The notes beneath the pieces were generated by a model. The model saw only the letters and a program-made list of their open reading frames with translations, made no database searches and was not told where the DNA came from. From an uncultured candidate division Zixibacteria bacterium (lineage in GTDB: Bacteria > Zixibacteria > MSB-5A5 > UBA10806), in assembly GCA_963801605.1 (NCBI GenBank), contig CAWDFP010000006.1, positions 224,001 to 288,000 of the forward strand: 64,000 nucleotides of DNA. The letters are read 5' to 3'. The position numbers and the translations under genes were made by a program. How positions within the stretch are numbered: position 1 is the first letter of the stretch; every line of letters begins with the position of its first letter. Of this stretch, positions 23,622-34,253 are shown piece after piece.

Positions 23622-23661
23622 AAATAGGATATTAGCTCTTAAGGAGCCTTAAAGCAAGCGG

Positions 23662-24429
23662 ATGAATCAAAATGAAATAAAAAAAGTCAGCTCACTGGCC
23701 CACGGAAAATACCGCAAGGAATACGGTTTGTTTCTTGCCGAAGGGATTCACGTAATCGAGGAATTACTTAAATCGAGCTGGGAAATCCAGGTAATTATAG
23801 TGAGCCATGAAGCCGCCGATTCGGGCGATCTTAATTCCTTAATCGATACCGCCTCAAGACATAGAATGCCGATTGAGACCGTCAACCGGATAATTTTCGA
23901 CAAGATGGCTACCACAGATACGCCTCAAGGGATATTGGCGGTTATTAAAATCCCTCGTAACGATCCTGGCGCTCTTATTCCCAAAAATAGAATCCTGATT
24001 GCCGATGGGGTATCGGACCCGGGCAATCTTGGTACCATGATCAGAACTGCGGCGGCATTCGGATTTGGAGGGTTTGTAACCACACCCGGTTCGGCCGATA
24101 TTTTTAATCCTAAAACTGTTCGGGCTGCTCAGGGGGCATTGTTTCATCTAACGGTCGCCAATCATCTTGGCCATGAAGATATCGCTGGAAAACTCAAAAT
24201 GTCGCATAAGATTTATGCACTCTCCGCCGAGGCCACCATCGACCTGAAAAGCGTAAAACCTGCTATCAAATCTGCTCTTGTGGTAGGAGCGGAAATTTCG
24301 GGAGTAAGCCGAGAAATTTCAAAGATGGCCGATCAAATTCTACGAATACCGATGAGTGGGCGGGTGGAATCGCTTAATGCTGCCGTAGCGGCCGGAATCG
24401 CCATGTACGAGTTTGTAAGACGGGGATAA
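23662..24429 (+). CDS. TrmH/SpoU family RNA 2'-O-methyltransferase
   Basis: DPGNLGTMIRTA, VVGAEISG and IPMSGRVESLNAAVA SPOUT motifs. Confidence 0.92.
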   Translation: MNQNEIKKVSSLAHGKYRKEYGLFLAEGIHVIEELLKSSWEIQVIIVSHEAADSGDLNSLIDTASRHRMPIETVNRIIFDKMATTDTPQGILAVIKIPRNDPGALIPKNRILIADGVSDPGNLGTMIRTAAAFGFGGFVTTPGSADIFNPKTVRAAQGALFHLTVANHLGHEDIAGKLKMSHKIYALSAEATIDLKSVKPAIKSALVVGAEISGVSREISKMADQILRIPMSGRVESLNAAVAAGIAMYEFVRRG

Positions 24430-24580
24430 AGCCGAATTCTTATAAGGCAATTTGAATCGGGGACCAGCGCTACTCTCCTTTTCGCATATTTGGCTTAGTT
24501 TTTCGGCTTGAGTTGCCCACGAGGCTTAAAATAATTATACTTGGCCAGGCAGTATAATTCGAAAAGGGACAGGAGGAAAC

Positions 24581-25774
24581 GTGTTACCGTTTGATTTTAA
24601 TCTTCCAACAAAAATCTACTTTGGGCCCGGCAAAATTAATAATGTGGGGAAATATCTTCAGCCGATTGGAAAAAAGGCATTGATTGTAACCGGCCAGGGC
24701 TCCATGAGAAGACTTGGCATTATAGATAAAGTATCGGATCTATTAAAAAAATCGAATATAGGTTCGGTCGTATTCGAGGGGATTGAGCCCAATCCCAGGC
24801 ATACCACTTGCGATAGGGCCGCGGCCCTGGCGCGCGAAAATGGATGCGATATGATTATCGGACTCGGCGGCGGATCGGTTATGGATGCTACCAAAGGAAT
24901 TGCTGTTTCCGCCAAAACAGGTTACTCGATTTGGGATTATGTCTATACTGTCCCGAGCCAGCCCAAGAAAAAGATTACCGAAGCTTTGCCTATCATCTGT
25001 ATCCCTACGGTGGCGGCCACTGGCAGCGAGGCCGATTCGGGTGGTGTCATTACCAATTGGGAAACCCATGAGAAAACCGGTATCTGGGGAACAGCCCTAT
25101 TTCCAACCGCATCAATAGTAGATCCGGAGCTTACATTCTCCTGCCCGCCGGACTATACAGCCGATGGCGGAGTGGATATCATCTCGCATGTTATCGAGAG
25201 TTATTTTACCGGGACATCAGAGGCTTACTTGCAGGATCGATTTTCGGAATCCGTTATCAGGACTGTCATTAAATATCTTCCGAGAGCGATGCGTAACGGC
25301 AACGATCTTGAAGCGCGAACGCATCTTTCGTGGAGTTCAACCGTGGCGCTTTCGGGTTTTATTAACTCCGGCCGCGGCGGATCGTTTCCGCTGCATGCGC
25401 TTGAGCATGTGATCAGCGCGCATTATGATATCAGCCATGGACGGGGCCTGGCGTTGCTTCTCCCCGCTTTGATGGATTACACCATGCCGGCCCGTCCGGA
25501 TAAGTTCGTAGAACTTGGCCAGAATGTATTTGGTCTATCGTTCGACACGGAGGATGTAACACACGCCGCCCAACTCAGTATCGATGCTATGAAAGGATGG
25601 CTGGCATCGATAGGACGATTGTTGACTTTTACCGATCTTGGCATTGACGATTCCAAATTCGAGATAATGGCCGATGAGCTGGTTCGTCTCAATATGCAAA
25701 CCCAGCCTCATATTACAAACCCCAAACCGATAGACAGGGCTGGTGTGATCTCAATTTTCAAGATGACGAAGTAA
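24581..25774 (+). CDS. Iron-containing alcohol dehydrogenase (butanol dehydrogenase-like)
   Basis: PTKIYFG, IEPNP, GLGGGSVMD, PTVAATGSE, DIISHVIE and HALEH...HGRGLA motifs; SD AGGAGG before the GTG. Confidence 0.92.
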   Translation: MLPFDFNLPTKIYFGPGKINNVGKYLQPIGKKALIVTGQGSMRRLGIIDKVSDLLKKSNIGSVVFEGIEPNPRHTTCDRAAALARENGCDMIIGLGGGSVMDATKGIAVSAKTGYSIWDYVYTVPSQPKKKITEALPIICIPTVAATGSEADSGGVITNWETHEKTGIWGTALFPTASIVDPELTFSCPPDYTADGGVDIISHVIESYFTGTSEAYLQDRFSESVIRTVIKYLPRAMRNGNDLEARTHLSWSSTVALSGFINSGRGGSFPLHALEHVISAHYDISHGRGLALLLPALMDYTMPARPDKFVELGQNVFGLSFDTEDVTHAAQLSIDAMKGWLASIGRLLTFTDLGIDDSKFEIMADELVRLNMQTQPHITNPKPIDRAGVISIFKMTK

Positions 25775-25841
25775 ATTACGAGGTATGGGTTAAGAGTTTT
25801 TAATTGAGCCAATCAAAGGTATTAACCATATACTTAAATAT

Positions 25842-25883
25842 AAAAAGCCGTCAGGTGTTAAAACCTGACGGCACTTTATTTTT
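25842..25883. terminator. Bidirectional rho-independent terminator
   Basis: AAAAA-GCCGTCAGGT-GTTAAA-ACCTGACGGC followed by a T-rich tract, between convergent genes. Confidence 0.8.
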
Positions 25884-25897
25884 GCTCCAAGAATATT

Positions 25898-28361
25898 TTA
25901 TTTTAACAAAAGCATCCGCGTTGAAACACTCTTATCGCCGGATTGCAGACGGCAGAGATAAACGCCGGAGGCAAATTTACCCGCATTCCAGGTGACAGAA
26001 TGAGTGCCGGCATCAAGGGGGCCGCTTAGAAGCGTAGCTACCTTGCGGCCCAATAGATCGTAGATCGACAGATTTATATCAGATTGGGCGGTAATCGAAA
26101 AGGAAATCGACGTCTCGGCGTTGAAGGGATTGGGATAATTCTGATGCAATGCAAATGCGCTGGGAATTTCCCCGTTTTCCGGTACGCTCTCGCTGGTGGT
26201 ATCAATTATAGCCAGGGTGGCAACGGAAGCGGTAGCGGCTTTGACATAATTTGTAAATAACAGCGTATCGATATGAGTCATGTTGTCGTTAGTGGTATGA
26301 TAGTAAGGATTGAAATCATTTCCAAAATCCTCGATCCCCAGCATGGCCGGATAATTGTAATCCCAGAACGAGGCGTGGTCGCTGCGATCGGTGGAATTCC
26401 AAGTCAGTATTTCAGGAGAGAGCGATATACCGTAATCATTGACTACGCCCTGGAATAAATTGCCGAGTGTCAGTGACGATGGCATGGTACCGCAATGCAG
26501 CTCAATCGAATTATCGTTGTTACCGTCAAATGCAATCATGTCATAATTGAAGACTCCCATTATGGAATCGCCTCTGGCAGCGACGTCGGCTGCATATTGA
26601 GCCGAACCAAATAATCCCTGCTCTTCGCCGGTCCATAGACAAAACTTGACCGTCTTCTTAAAATCCTTTTGAGCCAAAACTCTGGCGGCCTCTATAACAC
26701 CGGTCGCGCCGGAGCCGTTATCGTCGGAACCGGGCGCCTGATTGAGAGGCAACTCAGAGGTATCATCGAAATGGCCGCAGATGATAACCTGCTGGTTAGG
26801 TTCTGTAGTGCCAAGTTTGGTTGCCACGACGTTGCGCCATGAGGTTTCAACACCGCCAGCCTGGCTAAACCAGGTTGCTCCGCCATCGGTAGTCTTTGGT
26901 GACTGTAAGATCGCCCACAGCATATCCGGTCAGGCTATCGGAAAATGTAACGCCGTAGAAGTTCCAATTCAATTGAGCAGGCATGGCGTTCCAATTTAAA
27001 CCGCCATCGATAGTAGTAAATACTTTGCCACCCCAACCAACGATACAACCATGTAATGAATCCGTGAATGCCACGTGATAAAGTCGCGTATTCAACCAGA
27101 GGTTGACCGCCGCCCAATTCTCGCCACCATCGGTGGTATGAAGTACCATACCCTCCCATCCGACTACCCAGCCAACATTTCTGTTGGTGAAAGCAACTCC
27201 GTAAAGACGCTGTAATGAATTCGAAATCTGCTCGGACCAATTTGTACCGCCATCAGTGCTATGCACAATGGTTCCATTTTGCCCTACCGCCCAACCGTAG
27301 GATGAATCTACAAAACAGATGTCATAAAATCTCGATAAGGACGGAGTGGTCTGACGGATCCAGTTGGCACCGCTATTAGTGGTATGTAACACCAATCCGG
27401 TATCGGCGGCAATCCAACCGGTAGTGTTATTTATAAAATTTATTCCAAAAAGAAACCCATTGGTATTGGCTCGCTGGGGAGTAAAGGTTTGACCGCCATC
27501 GGATGAAAATTTGATAGTACCGATGTTGCCGCTGATCCAGACAGAGTCGGGGCCGCTGTTTTCAACACCCCAGAGCGCATTGGCGGTATTGTCGGGCATC
27601 AGGACCCAGTTCGCACCGCCATCAATAGTGCGAAACGCCTCCGAACCCTCCGATACAAACCAGGCTTTATTGGGACCGTAAGCGGCTACATGTCGTCCGG
27701 TCCCCTTGTAGAACTTGTGATACGCGGTCTGATATCCATAGCGCTCCAGAGTCTCTTTGAGATATTGCGCCGCCAGAATATTATCCGGTACATAAGAATA
27801 TCTGGTATGGATTGTATCAATTCCGCCGTTAATTTGAATGGGAGAGTTGCCCGATAATTTATTCAGGTATGATACTATCGAATCTTGATTAACATGATGA
27901 ATCAAAGTATCGATTCGGGAGTTGTACGACAATATTGATTCTCCAGGATCGTTTATTCCGTCGGGAGGCATCGCTCGAAGATTTAATCGTCGGCAGAATG
28001 AGGCCCTGCCAATCGGACTCCTGGTTATAACATAGCCGGGTCCGGAAAATATCGTTTCCGTGGGATTTGTTATATCGTTTTGAGATCTAATGTAACAAAG
28101 AAATAGAGTCGAGGTTTCATCATTAAAACTAAATGCCTGATATGTTATATTATAATTATCCAGCCAGGCAAGCTCCCGCTCTCCTCCGTCCAAAAAGACT
28201 TTATCGATTGTCGTACCCCAATAGTAACCGGGAAAGCCTTTAATGGCAGATTGCGTTTGGGTACCATTATTAGGCACGGCAATCAGATAATTATCTGAGG
28301 CTATGGCTGATGAAACGGATATAAAGAGGGAAAATACCAGCAAAAGAGTCGGGGATTTCAT
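25898..28361 (-). CDS. Secreted M28 family metallo-aminopeptidase with an inserted YCF48/BNR-like beta-propeller and a T9SS-type CTD; +1 frameshift at ~26897
   Basis: ATG at 28361 after AAGGAG; TxDGGxNW repeats; GHFDD, GSDDNGSG, GEEQGL, NYDMI, SDHASF and YHTTND M28 motifs; NYPNPFN...RMLLLK. Confidence 0.85.
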
Positions 28362-28447
28362 TAGTGCTCCTTTTCTATTTACTGACAACAATTTACGATG
28401 ATCGCTAAAAATGTCAAGCCGCAATAAGGCCCAATGAAATGGACTTA

Positions 28448-28495
28448 CCACGATATATAGTGTATTGAAATGCATTGAGGCACAACATGTTGTAT
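28448..28495. promoter_or_regulatory. Tandem NrdR boxes
   Basis: ccACGATATATAGTGt (28448-28463) and gCACAACATGTTGTat (28480-28495), 32 bp start to start. They match the acaCwAtATaTwGtgt consensus and lie upstream of thyX-nrdJ. Confidence 0.8.
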
Positions 28496-28523
28496 TTTTT
28501 TATAAAATTGGAAGAAATTATTC

Positions 28524-28552
28524 TTGACAGAAATGCGCCGCTGTGATTTAAT
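28524..28552 (+). promoter_or_regulatory. Putative sigma70 promoter of thyX-nrdJ
   Basis: TTGACA-N17-TTTAAT. Confidence 0.55.
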
Positions 28553-28645
28553 AGGCGCTCCGTTGCCATTGCGGAATGGGCCGATTAAGTTTGGATCGGA
28601 ATGAGGTAGTTCAGTCTACAATTGATATAGAGAAGAGTTTGTATT

Positions 28646-29401
28646 TTGGGGGAGGTTTTAATCATTTTGTCAAAAATCCCTGAGAAGAACAGCGTGACCG
28701 GGCCAAACAGCCCAAACATATCTAAGGTTTCTGTGGAGCTGATGGCGATAACTCCCGGAGCCGAGGATATTATTGAGCGGGCTTGCCGCACCTGTTATCT
28801 CTCCTTCTACAGATATGATCCTCCAAAATCAACAGAGGAGCTCATTAAGAAAATTCTGCTTAAAAAGCACTTCTCTGTATTAGAGCATTCCAGCGCTACA
28901 TTTCGAATAGAAGGCGGCTCCAGAGTATTCACGCATGAGCTTGTCAGGCATCGCTTCATCTCCCCATCACAGGAGAGCCAGCGTTATGTGGTCTATGCCG
29001 ATAAGCCTGGCCGTAAAAAAACGACGGATTTCCGTTTCGTGCTTCCGGAAACGATTAGAAACGCCAGGATGTCCAATAGCTCCGAGGACGCAGCCTCAGC
29101 TTATGAAAAAGCCATCCTCAACAGCTACGAGCTTTATGAACGTCTCCTGGATTCCGGCGTACCACCCGAGGATGCCCGTTACGTACTTCCCAACGCCACC
29201 GTATCTCAGATTGTTATAACCGCCAATTTCCGGGAGCTTCGTCACTTTTTCTGCGTTCGGACTCATCCGAGAGCCCATTGGGAGATCAGGGAAATCGCCC
29301 TGGAAATGCTGAGAATCATGCAGAAAGAAGCCCCTATCGTATTCGGAGACTTCAAGATAGACGAGGGAACCAAATCGGCCACTTTTGAATTCGAGTCTTA
29401 G
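28646..29401 (+). CDS. thyX: FAD-dependent thymidylate synthase (true start probably slightly downstream)
   Basis: HFSVLEH, SRVFTHELVRHRFISPSQESQRY (RHRxxS signature), EDARYVLPNA, NFRELRHF, AHWEIR. Confidence 0.93.
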   Translation: MGEVLIILSKIPEKNSVTGPNSPNISKVSVELMAITPGAEDIIERACRTCYLSFYRYDPPKSTEELIKKILLKKHFSVLEHSSATFRIEGGSRVFTHELVRHRFISPSQESQRYVVYADKPGRKKTTDFRFVLPETIRNARMSNSSEDAASAYEKAILNSYELYERLLDSGVPPEDARYVLPNATVSQIVITANFRELRHFFCVRTHPRAHWEIREIALEMLRIMQKEAPIVFGDFKIDEGTKSATFEFES

Positions 29402-29444
29402 AAGGACGCGCAATTACGCGTATTATATGGAGGGAGGAAGAGAA

Positions 29445-31718
29445 TTGGAAAAGTTACAGGTCGACATAAAGCCGCAACTAACGCCAAATTCCCTGGCGGT
29501 ATTGAGGCGGCGTTATTTGACCAAGAACGACCAGGGGCAGGTGGTCGAAACACCCGAAGAGCTGTTCATTCGGGTAGCGTCTACCATTGCGGAAGCCGAT
29601 ACTAATTTCGGGGCAACTCCGGCGGAGATAGAGGAAACTGCCAAAACCTTTTATCGGATTATGGCCAAATTGGAATTCCTGCCTAATTCGCCAACGCTTA
29701 TGAATGCCGGACGAAAGTTAGGGCAGCTTTCAGCCTGCTTTGTTCTGCCGATTGGCGATTCGATGGATTCCATTTTCGAGACCGTGAAGAATACGGCGCT
29801 GATTCATAAATCGGGCGGCGGCACCGGCTTTTCGTTTTCTCGTCTCAGACCTAAAAATTCAGTTGTCGCTTCAACATCCGGTGTAGCATCCGGGCCGGTC
29901 AGTTTTATGAAAGTCATCAATGCGGCCACCGAGGCTGTCAAGCAGGGCGGCACCAGGCGCGGCGCCAATATGGGGATATTGCGAGTCGATCATCCCGATA
30001 TCATGGAATTCATCAAGTGCAAAGATGATTTAAACGAACTGAACAATTTTAATATTTCGGTTGCTGTAACAGACGAGTTTATGCGCGCTGTTAAAAACCG
30101 GACATCATACCCGTTACTCGATCCTCGAACCGGCCGGCAGTACGTCCTTGACGGCAAGCCTCAAACGTTTGACGCCAACGAGGTATTTCAGGCCATAATC
30201 GACCACGCTCATCGCACCGGCGAACCGGGAGTGATATTCATCGATCGCATCAATGCCACGGAGAACACGCCCAAAGTAGGTTTGGTGGAGGCCACCAATC
30301 CCTGCGGCGAACAACCTCTCCTTCCCTACGAGAGCTGCAATCTCGGCTCCATCAATCTTGCCAAGATGGTCCGGGCAGTGGTTGATCCGTCGGATACCTC
30401 AAAGATGTTTCGCAACGAGATCGATTGGGATAAACTCAGGGAAGTTGTTCATGAGGCGGTTCATTTTCTCGATAATGTTATCGAGCAAAACCGTTACCCG
30501 CTATCGGAAATTGGCCAGGCCACTCGCAACAACCGCCGTATCGGGTTGGGCGTGATGGGCTGGGCAGACCTGCTGATCATGCTCGATATCCCCTACAACT
30601 GCGACGATGCCTTGAAGCTCGGCGATCAGCTTATGGAGTTCATCGAAACCGAAGCTGATAAGGCCAGTATGGAGCTTGGCGAAACCCGCGGCGATTTCCC
30701 CAATTGGGAGAAATCGGTTTTTAGCGGTAAGGGCCTCTCCCCGGCCAAACATCGACGCAATAGCACAGTCACGACCGTGGCGCCGACCGGCACAATTTCG
30801 ATAATCGCCGGATGCTCATCGGGAATTGAGCCGATTTTTGCGGTCAGCTATGTTCGAAACGTGATGGACAATACCAAGCTTATCGAAACCAATCCGATAT
30901 TCGATTCCAAGGCTAAGGAGTTGGGATTTCACTCGGATCGCCTGATGGAACGAATCGCCGAGAATAACTCAATCGCCGGATTCGAAGAGATTCCTGAGGA
31001 GATTAAGAACGTATTCGTGACCGCCCACGATATCACCCCTGAATGGCATATCAAGATGCAGGCGGTGTTCCAACGGCATACCGAGAATGCAGTTTCCAAG
31101 ACAATCAATATGCGCCGAGAGAGCACTGTTGATGATGTTCGAACGGCCTACGAGTTGGCTTATAATCTCAACTGCAAAGGCGTCACAATTTATCGCGATG
31201 GTTCCCGCGCTTACCAGGTTCTCTCCACCAAGCAAAGCGAGAGCGGCACTGCAACTGAGGCTGAAAAAGGAATTGTCAAAGACCGTCCGGAGGCGCTCCA
31301 GGGAATCACAAGCAAGATTAAAACCGGTTTTGGCAATTTGTATGTGACGATAAACACATTCAACGGCAGGCCATTCGAGGTTTTCGCGCAGATCGGCAAA
31401 TCGGGATATGACACTATGGCAGACACCGAGGCGATCTGCCGGCTCATCTCGCTATCGTTACGCAGCGGAGTTGATGTCGAGGAGATCATCGATCAGCTTC
31501 GCGGCATAGGCGGCGATACGCCGGTTTTCGGCGCGGGCGGCTTGATTCGTTCGGTGCCGGATGCGATCGCCAAGATTTTGCAGAAGCATTTCGGCAACGG
31601 CAAGGGCCGCAAATCCGAAAACGATCTTAAAGCATTAATCTGCCCCGACTGCGGTTCCGGCCTCAAAGCGGAATCGGGCTGCATTCTCTGCCCGGAGTGC
31701 GGGTATTCGAGGTGCTGA
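29445..31718 (+). CDS. nrdJ: Class II (adenosylcobalamin-dependent) ribonucleotide reductase with C-terminal TSCPD-like and Zn-ribbon domains
   Basis: PNSPTLMNAG, QLSACFV, GGTRRGANM, ATNPCGEQPL, APTGTIS and terminal CPDC...CPECGYSRC; TTG start after GGAGG; no adjacent nrdB. Confidence 0.93.
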   Translation: MEKLQVDIKPQLTPNSLAVLRRRYLTKNDQGQVVETPEELFIRVASTIAEADTNFGATPAEIEETAKTFYRIMAKLEFLPNSPTLMNAGRKLGQLSACFVLPIGDSMDSIFETVKNTALIHKSGGGTGFSFSRLRPKNSVVASTSGVASGPVSFMKVINAATEAVKQGGTRRGANMGILRVDHPDIMEFIKCKDDLNELNNFNISVAVTDEFMRAVKNRTSYPLLDPRTGRQYVLDGKPQTFDANEVFQAIIDHAHRTGEPGVIFIDRINATENTPKVGLVEATNPCGEQPLLPYESCNLGSINLAKMVRAVVDPSDTSKMFRNEIDWDKLREVVHEAVHFLDNVIEQNRYPLSEIGQATRNNRRIGLGVMGWADLLIMLDIPYNCDDALKLGDQLMEFIETEADKASMELGETRGDFPNWEKSVFSGKGLSPAKHRRNSTVTTVAPTGTISIIAGCSSGIEPIFAVSYVRNVMDNTKLIETNPIFDSKAKELGFHSDRLMERIAENNSIAGFEEIPEEIKNVFVTAHDITPEWHIKMQAVFQRHTENAVSKTINMRRESTVDDVRTAYELAYNLNCKGVTIYRDGSRAYQVLSTKQSESGTATEAEKGIVKDRPEALQGITSKIKTGFGNLYVTINTFNGRPFEVFAQIGKSGYDTMADTEAICRLISLSLRSGVDVEEIIDQLRGIGGDTPVFGAGGLIRSVPDAIAKILQKHFGNGKGRKSENDLKALICPDCGSGLKAESGCILCPECGYSRC

Positions 31719-31737
31719 AAATAAATAATCTCTAAAG

Positions 31738-31777
31738 AAAAAAATGCCGCCGGGTTGAAAGACCGGGCGGCATTTTT
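31738..31777. terminator. Bidirectional rho-independent terminator
   Basis: AAAAATGCCGCC...GAAA...GGCGGCATTTTT between the convergent nrdJ and GH35 genes. Confidence 0.85.
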
Positions 31778-31793
31778 AATTTTAACCGGAATA

Positions 31794-33968
31794 TTACTTC
31801 TTCGGAATATACAAAATCCGGGCGTCGTGGTAACCGACCGAAAAGACCATCCCCTCTTTGAGATCCTTGGATGTCACATCATGAATATGGTCATCAAGGA
31901 CATCATACATTTTAACCTTGGCGGCCCGAATCCCCAAAGCAGGCAGATCCACCGAGATCACAACCTTCTTTGAAAACTCGCTGGTAGGCGCCGTGAAGGT
32001 GGTATCGGTATTGACCAGGTATAGTATGACTCCCTTATCGTTGACCTGCGCTATGAGATCGACCTTGGGGTCGGATGTAGCTACCGGTGATGTAATCTTT
32101 TGGGCGCTTAATATCGATTGGAGCATATCGAGTTTACCAGGCTCGAGCTTGGGCGAGATATCGAAAGTAAATAAATAAACAGTTCCGCTTCCAACCTTCT
32201 TGGATGCTCCCAGTACCTTGGTGCCGGATTTCGCCAAAGCCTTCTCCGAGCCATGCGATGAGATAAAACCATAGCGGATAGCTCTAATAGTATTTTTATC
32301 CCAGGCAACATTGCAGGGCTCCCAATCAAGCGTAGTGGACATTCCCAGTCCTTTGGCCAGAGTGCGGCAAGGATTGAACTGATCATCAAATTTGGGAAGA
32401 AGGCCCACCAACACTACCGTTTTCCCGCCCTGAATAGCCTTTAGAATCATCTCCTGGCTTTTTTGCCCCATGTATTCGGCAGTGGGAATAAAATACAAGT
32501 CTTTGTCTTCAAGCGAATTTTCGGAATCGATATCGACAACGGAATAATCATATTTGATATTCATCAGGTCTAACCCCAGAGGGTTCATGGTCTGACCGAT
32601 TAGATCGTAGATATAGGAGAACTGGCCAGTCATCCCAAGATGATGCTGCATGAGATAAGGCTTGTGATAGCCAATTCCGACTCGCGAAACCGGTTTGGCG
32701 GTATTTATGCCGATGTGTTCCAGCGCGACACTGACTTTGCGGACCATTTCGTAGTTTTCATTGACCGTGCCATCGAAACCGAGTGGCGAACCCAACCAGT
32801 GATCTCGTCCCACGAACATATAATGATTCATCCCTTTGAGTCCGGCAGCCAGAGAACTGACTATCAGATATCTATGATACCTGGTGTTCATGGCGGCTGC
32901 GTTTTTGGGCTCAGCCGGATGGCGATCTACGTTTTCGGTAGGGTAACCGGCATAAAGTTGCGGCGTCCAGGAAAATCCGGTTTTACTTCCCAGGTAGCGC
33001 AGATTACGGCCCAGGCGGCAGTAGTCTTTAGGATCGGGGACCTGCATTCCCAACAGCATTTTTTCGCCGGCCAGAGTATTCCAATCGGCGGGAAGGCTAA
33101 AATCGTCGGTCCAGGATAGATTGATGGCAAACAGACAGCCGACTCCCAACCCCTCAAGACGCTCCTTCATGGCCTGAATATATTTGGAAAGCACCTGACC
33201 TTTGAAATCGAGCCAGTCGAAATACTTGACCAAATCCTCGGGCTTTTTGGTTTCAATTCCGGTGGGTGGTTCGAGTGTCGCAAAACTTTTATTTTTCTTA
33301 CCGTAAGCCTCGGGAAGCTTGTCGGGCGTTTTATATTTTTCCTCGAGAAACTGATGATAATATTCCCCGATAATCTGGATGTTATAATCAGCGGCAAAGG
33401 GTCCGCTATTTCCCCCAAAGCTTAACTCTTCATCAAGCTGCATGATAAAAACCGGTCCTTTGGGGAAAATATAATTCTGTATGACTTCGATTAATCCGCC
33501 GAGGTACCGTTTGACGTGCCCCAGATATTTCGGATGCAGATAGCTTGGCTGGTAACTTTCGGGCACTCCGGGGCCGTTTTTGGCCATAACCAGTTCGCCT
33601 TTTTGATCGCGAGCAACAACGGCCTCATCAGTAAAGATATACTGCGGTAAGCCGCCATTAGACCATTCGGCCTTGATCCAGGGTCCCGGTCTTAAGATAA
33701 CCTTAAAACCAAACTCCCGGCAGAGTTCCAGGAACACGATGAGATCCTTTTCAGGGCCATTAATTCCCCTGAAATCGAACTCTCCGGGATGAACTTCATG
33801 GAGGTTCCAGGGAACAGAAGTTGAGATGATTCTGAAGCCGGCTTTCTTGATCCGTTCAAAACAGATGGACCAATAACGCTTCTCAACTCGAAAATAGTGC
33901 ATTTCGGCTGAGAACGGGAAAAACTCGTCTCGCCCAATGATGAATTTGTTTTCAATAATACCTAGCAT
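31794..33968 (-). CDS. GH35/GH42-like beta-galactosidase family protein
   Basis: AEMHYFRV, VPWNLHE..PGEFDF, VILRPGPWIKAEWSNGGLP and GMNHYMF motifs; C-terminal trimerisation-like domain; no signal peptide. Confidence 0.8.
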   Translation of the reverse strand: MLGIIENKFIIGRDEFFPFSAEMHYFRVEKRYWSICFERIKKAGFRIISTSVPWNLHEVHPGEFDFRGINGPEKDLIVFLELCREFGFKVILRPGPWIKAEWSNGGLPQYIFTDEAVVARDQKGELVMAKNGPGVPESYQPSYLHPKYLGHVKRYLGGLIEVIQNYIFPKGPVFIMQLDEELSFGGNSGPFAADYNIQIIGEYYHQFLEEKYKTPDKLPEAYGKKNKSFATLEPPTGIETKKPEDLVKYFDWLDFKGQVLSKYIQAMKERLEGLGVGCLFAINLSWTDDFSLPADWNTLAGEKMLLGMQVPDPKDYCRLGRNLRYLGSKTGFSWTPQLYAGYPTENVDRHPAEPKNAAAMNTRYHRYLIVSSLAAGLKGMNHYMFVGRDHWLGSPLGFDGTVNENYEMVRKVSVALEHIGINTAKPVSRVGIGYHKPYLMQHHLGMTGQFSYIYDLIGQTMNPLGLDLMNIKYDYSVVDIDSENSLEDKDLYFIPTAEYMGQKSQEMILKAIQGGKTVVLVGLLPKFDDQFNPCRTLAKGLGMSTTLDWEPCNVAWDKNTIRAIRYGFISSHGSEKALAKSGTKVLGASKKVGSGTVYLFTFDISPKLEPGKLDMLQSILSAQKITSPVATSDPKVDLIAQVNDKGVILYLVNTDTTFTAPTSEFSKKVVISVDLPALGIRAAKVKMYDVLDDHIHDVTSKDLKEGMVFSVGYHDARILYIPKK

Positions 33969-34021
33969 CCGAAATTCCTTATATCAGGTTCTCGCCCCAA
34001 CAGCCAAGAAAACAAGTTACC

Positions 34022-34050
34022 ATATTACCCCAATATATCCACAAAGTCAA
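34022..34050 (-). promoter_or_regulatory. Putative sigma70 promoter of the GH35 gene
   Basis: Minus strand TTGACT-N17-TAATAT. Confidence 0.5.
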
Positions 34051-34145
34051 TTAAAAAAAGTTATCCGCTTATCATAAAATGTGTTACATTTTCATGTCAA
34101 ACTGGCAGTATAGGCTGTCATTTGAGCGAAAATGGCCATAAATAT

Positions 34146-34220
34146 TAAGCCGGGCTCGCTTAATTTCGCGAGACCCGGCTTAGTTATTCATCCTAACCTG
34201 TTTTAATAAAACATGTTAGG
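34146..34220 (-). terminator. Two tandem stem-loops downstream of the 39214 gene
   Basis: TAAGCCGGG-CTCGC...GCGAG-A-CCCGGCTTA (34146-34182) and CCTAAC-C-TGTTTTA-A-TAAAACA-T-GTTAGG (34192-34220). Confidence 0.6.
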
Positions 34221-34253
34221 AAAGGCGTAAGCCCTATCCTTTGGGGATATTGC

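Noticed and set aside
29445..31718. Intein or intron in nrdJ
   Set aside because: The NPCGEQ and other motifs are contiguous and the length is normal; no insertion is seen.
34030..34075. DnaA-box-like words (ATATCCACA, TTATCCGCT) suggesting oriC
   Set aside because: Only mismatched, isolated matches overlapping a promoter; no box cluster and no dnaA/dnaN context.
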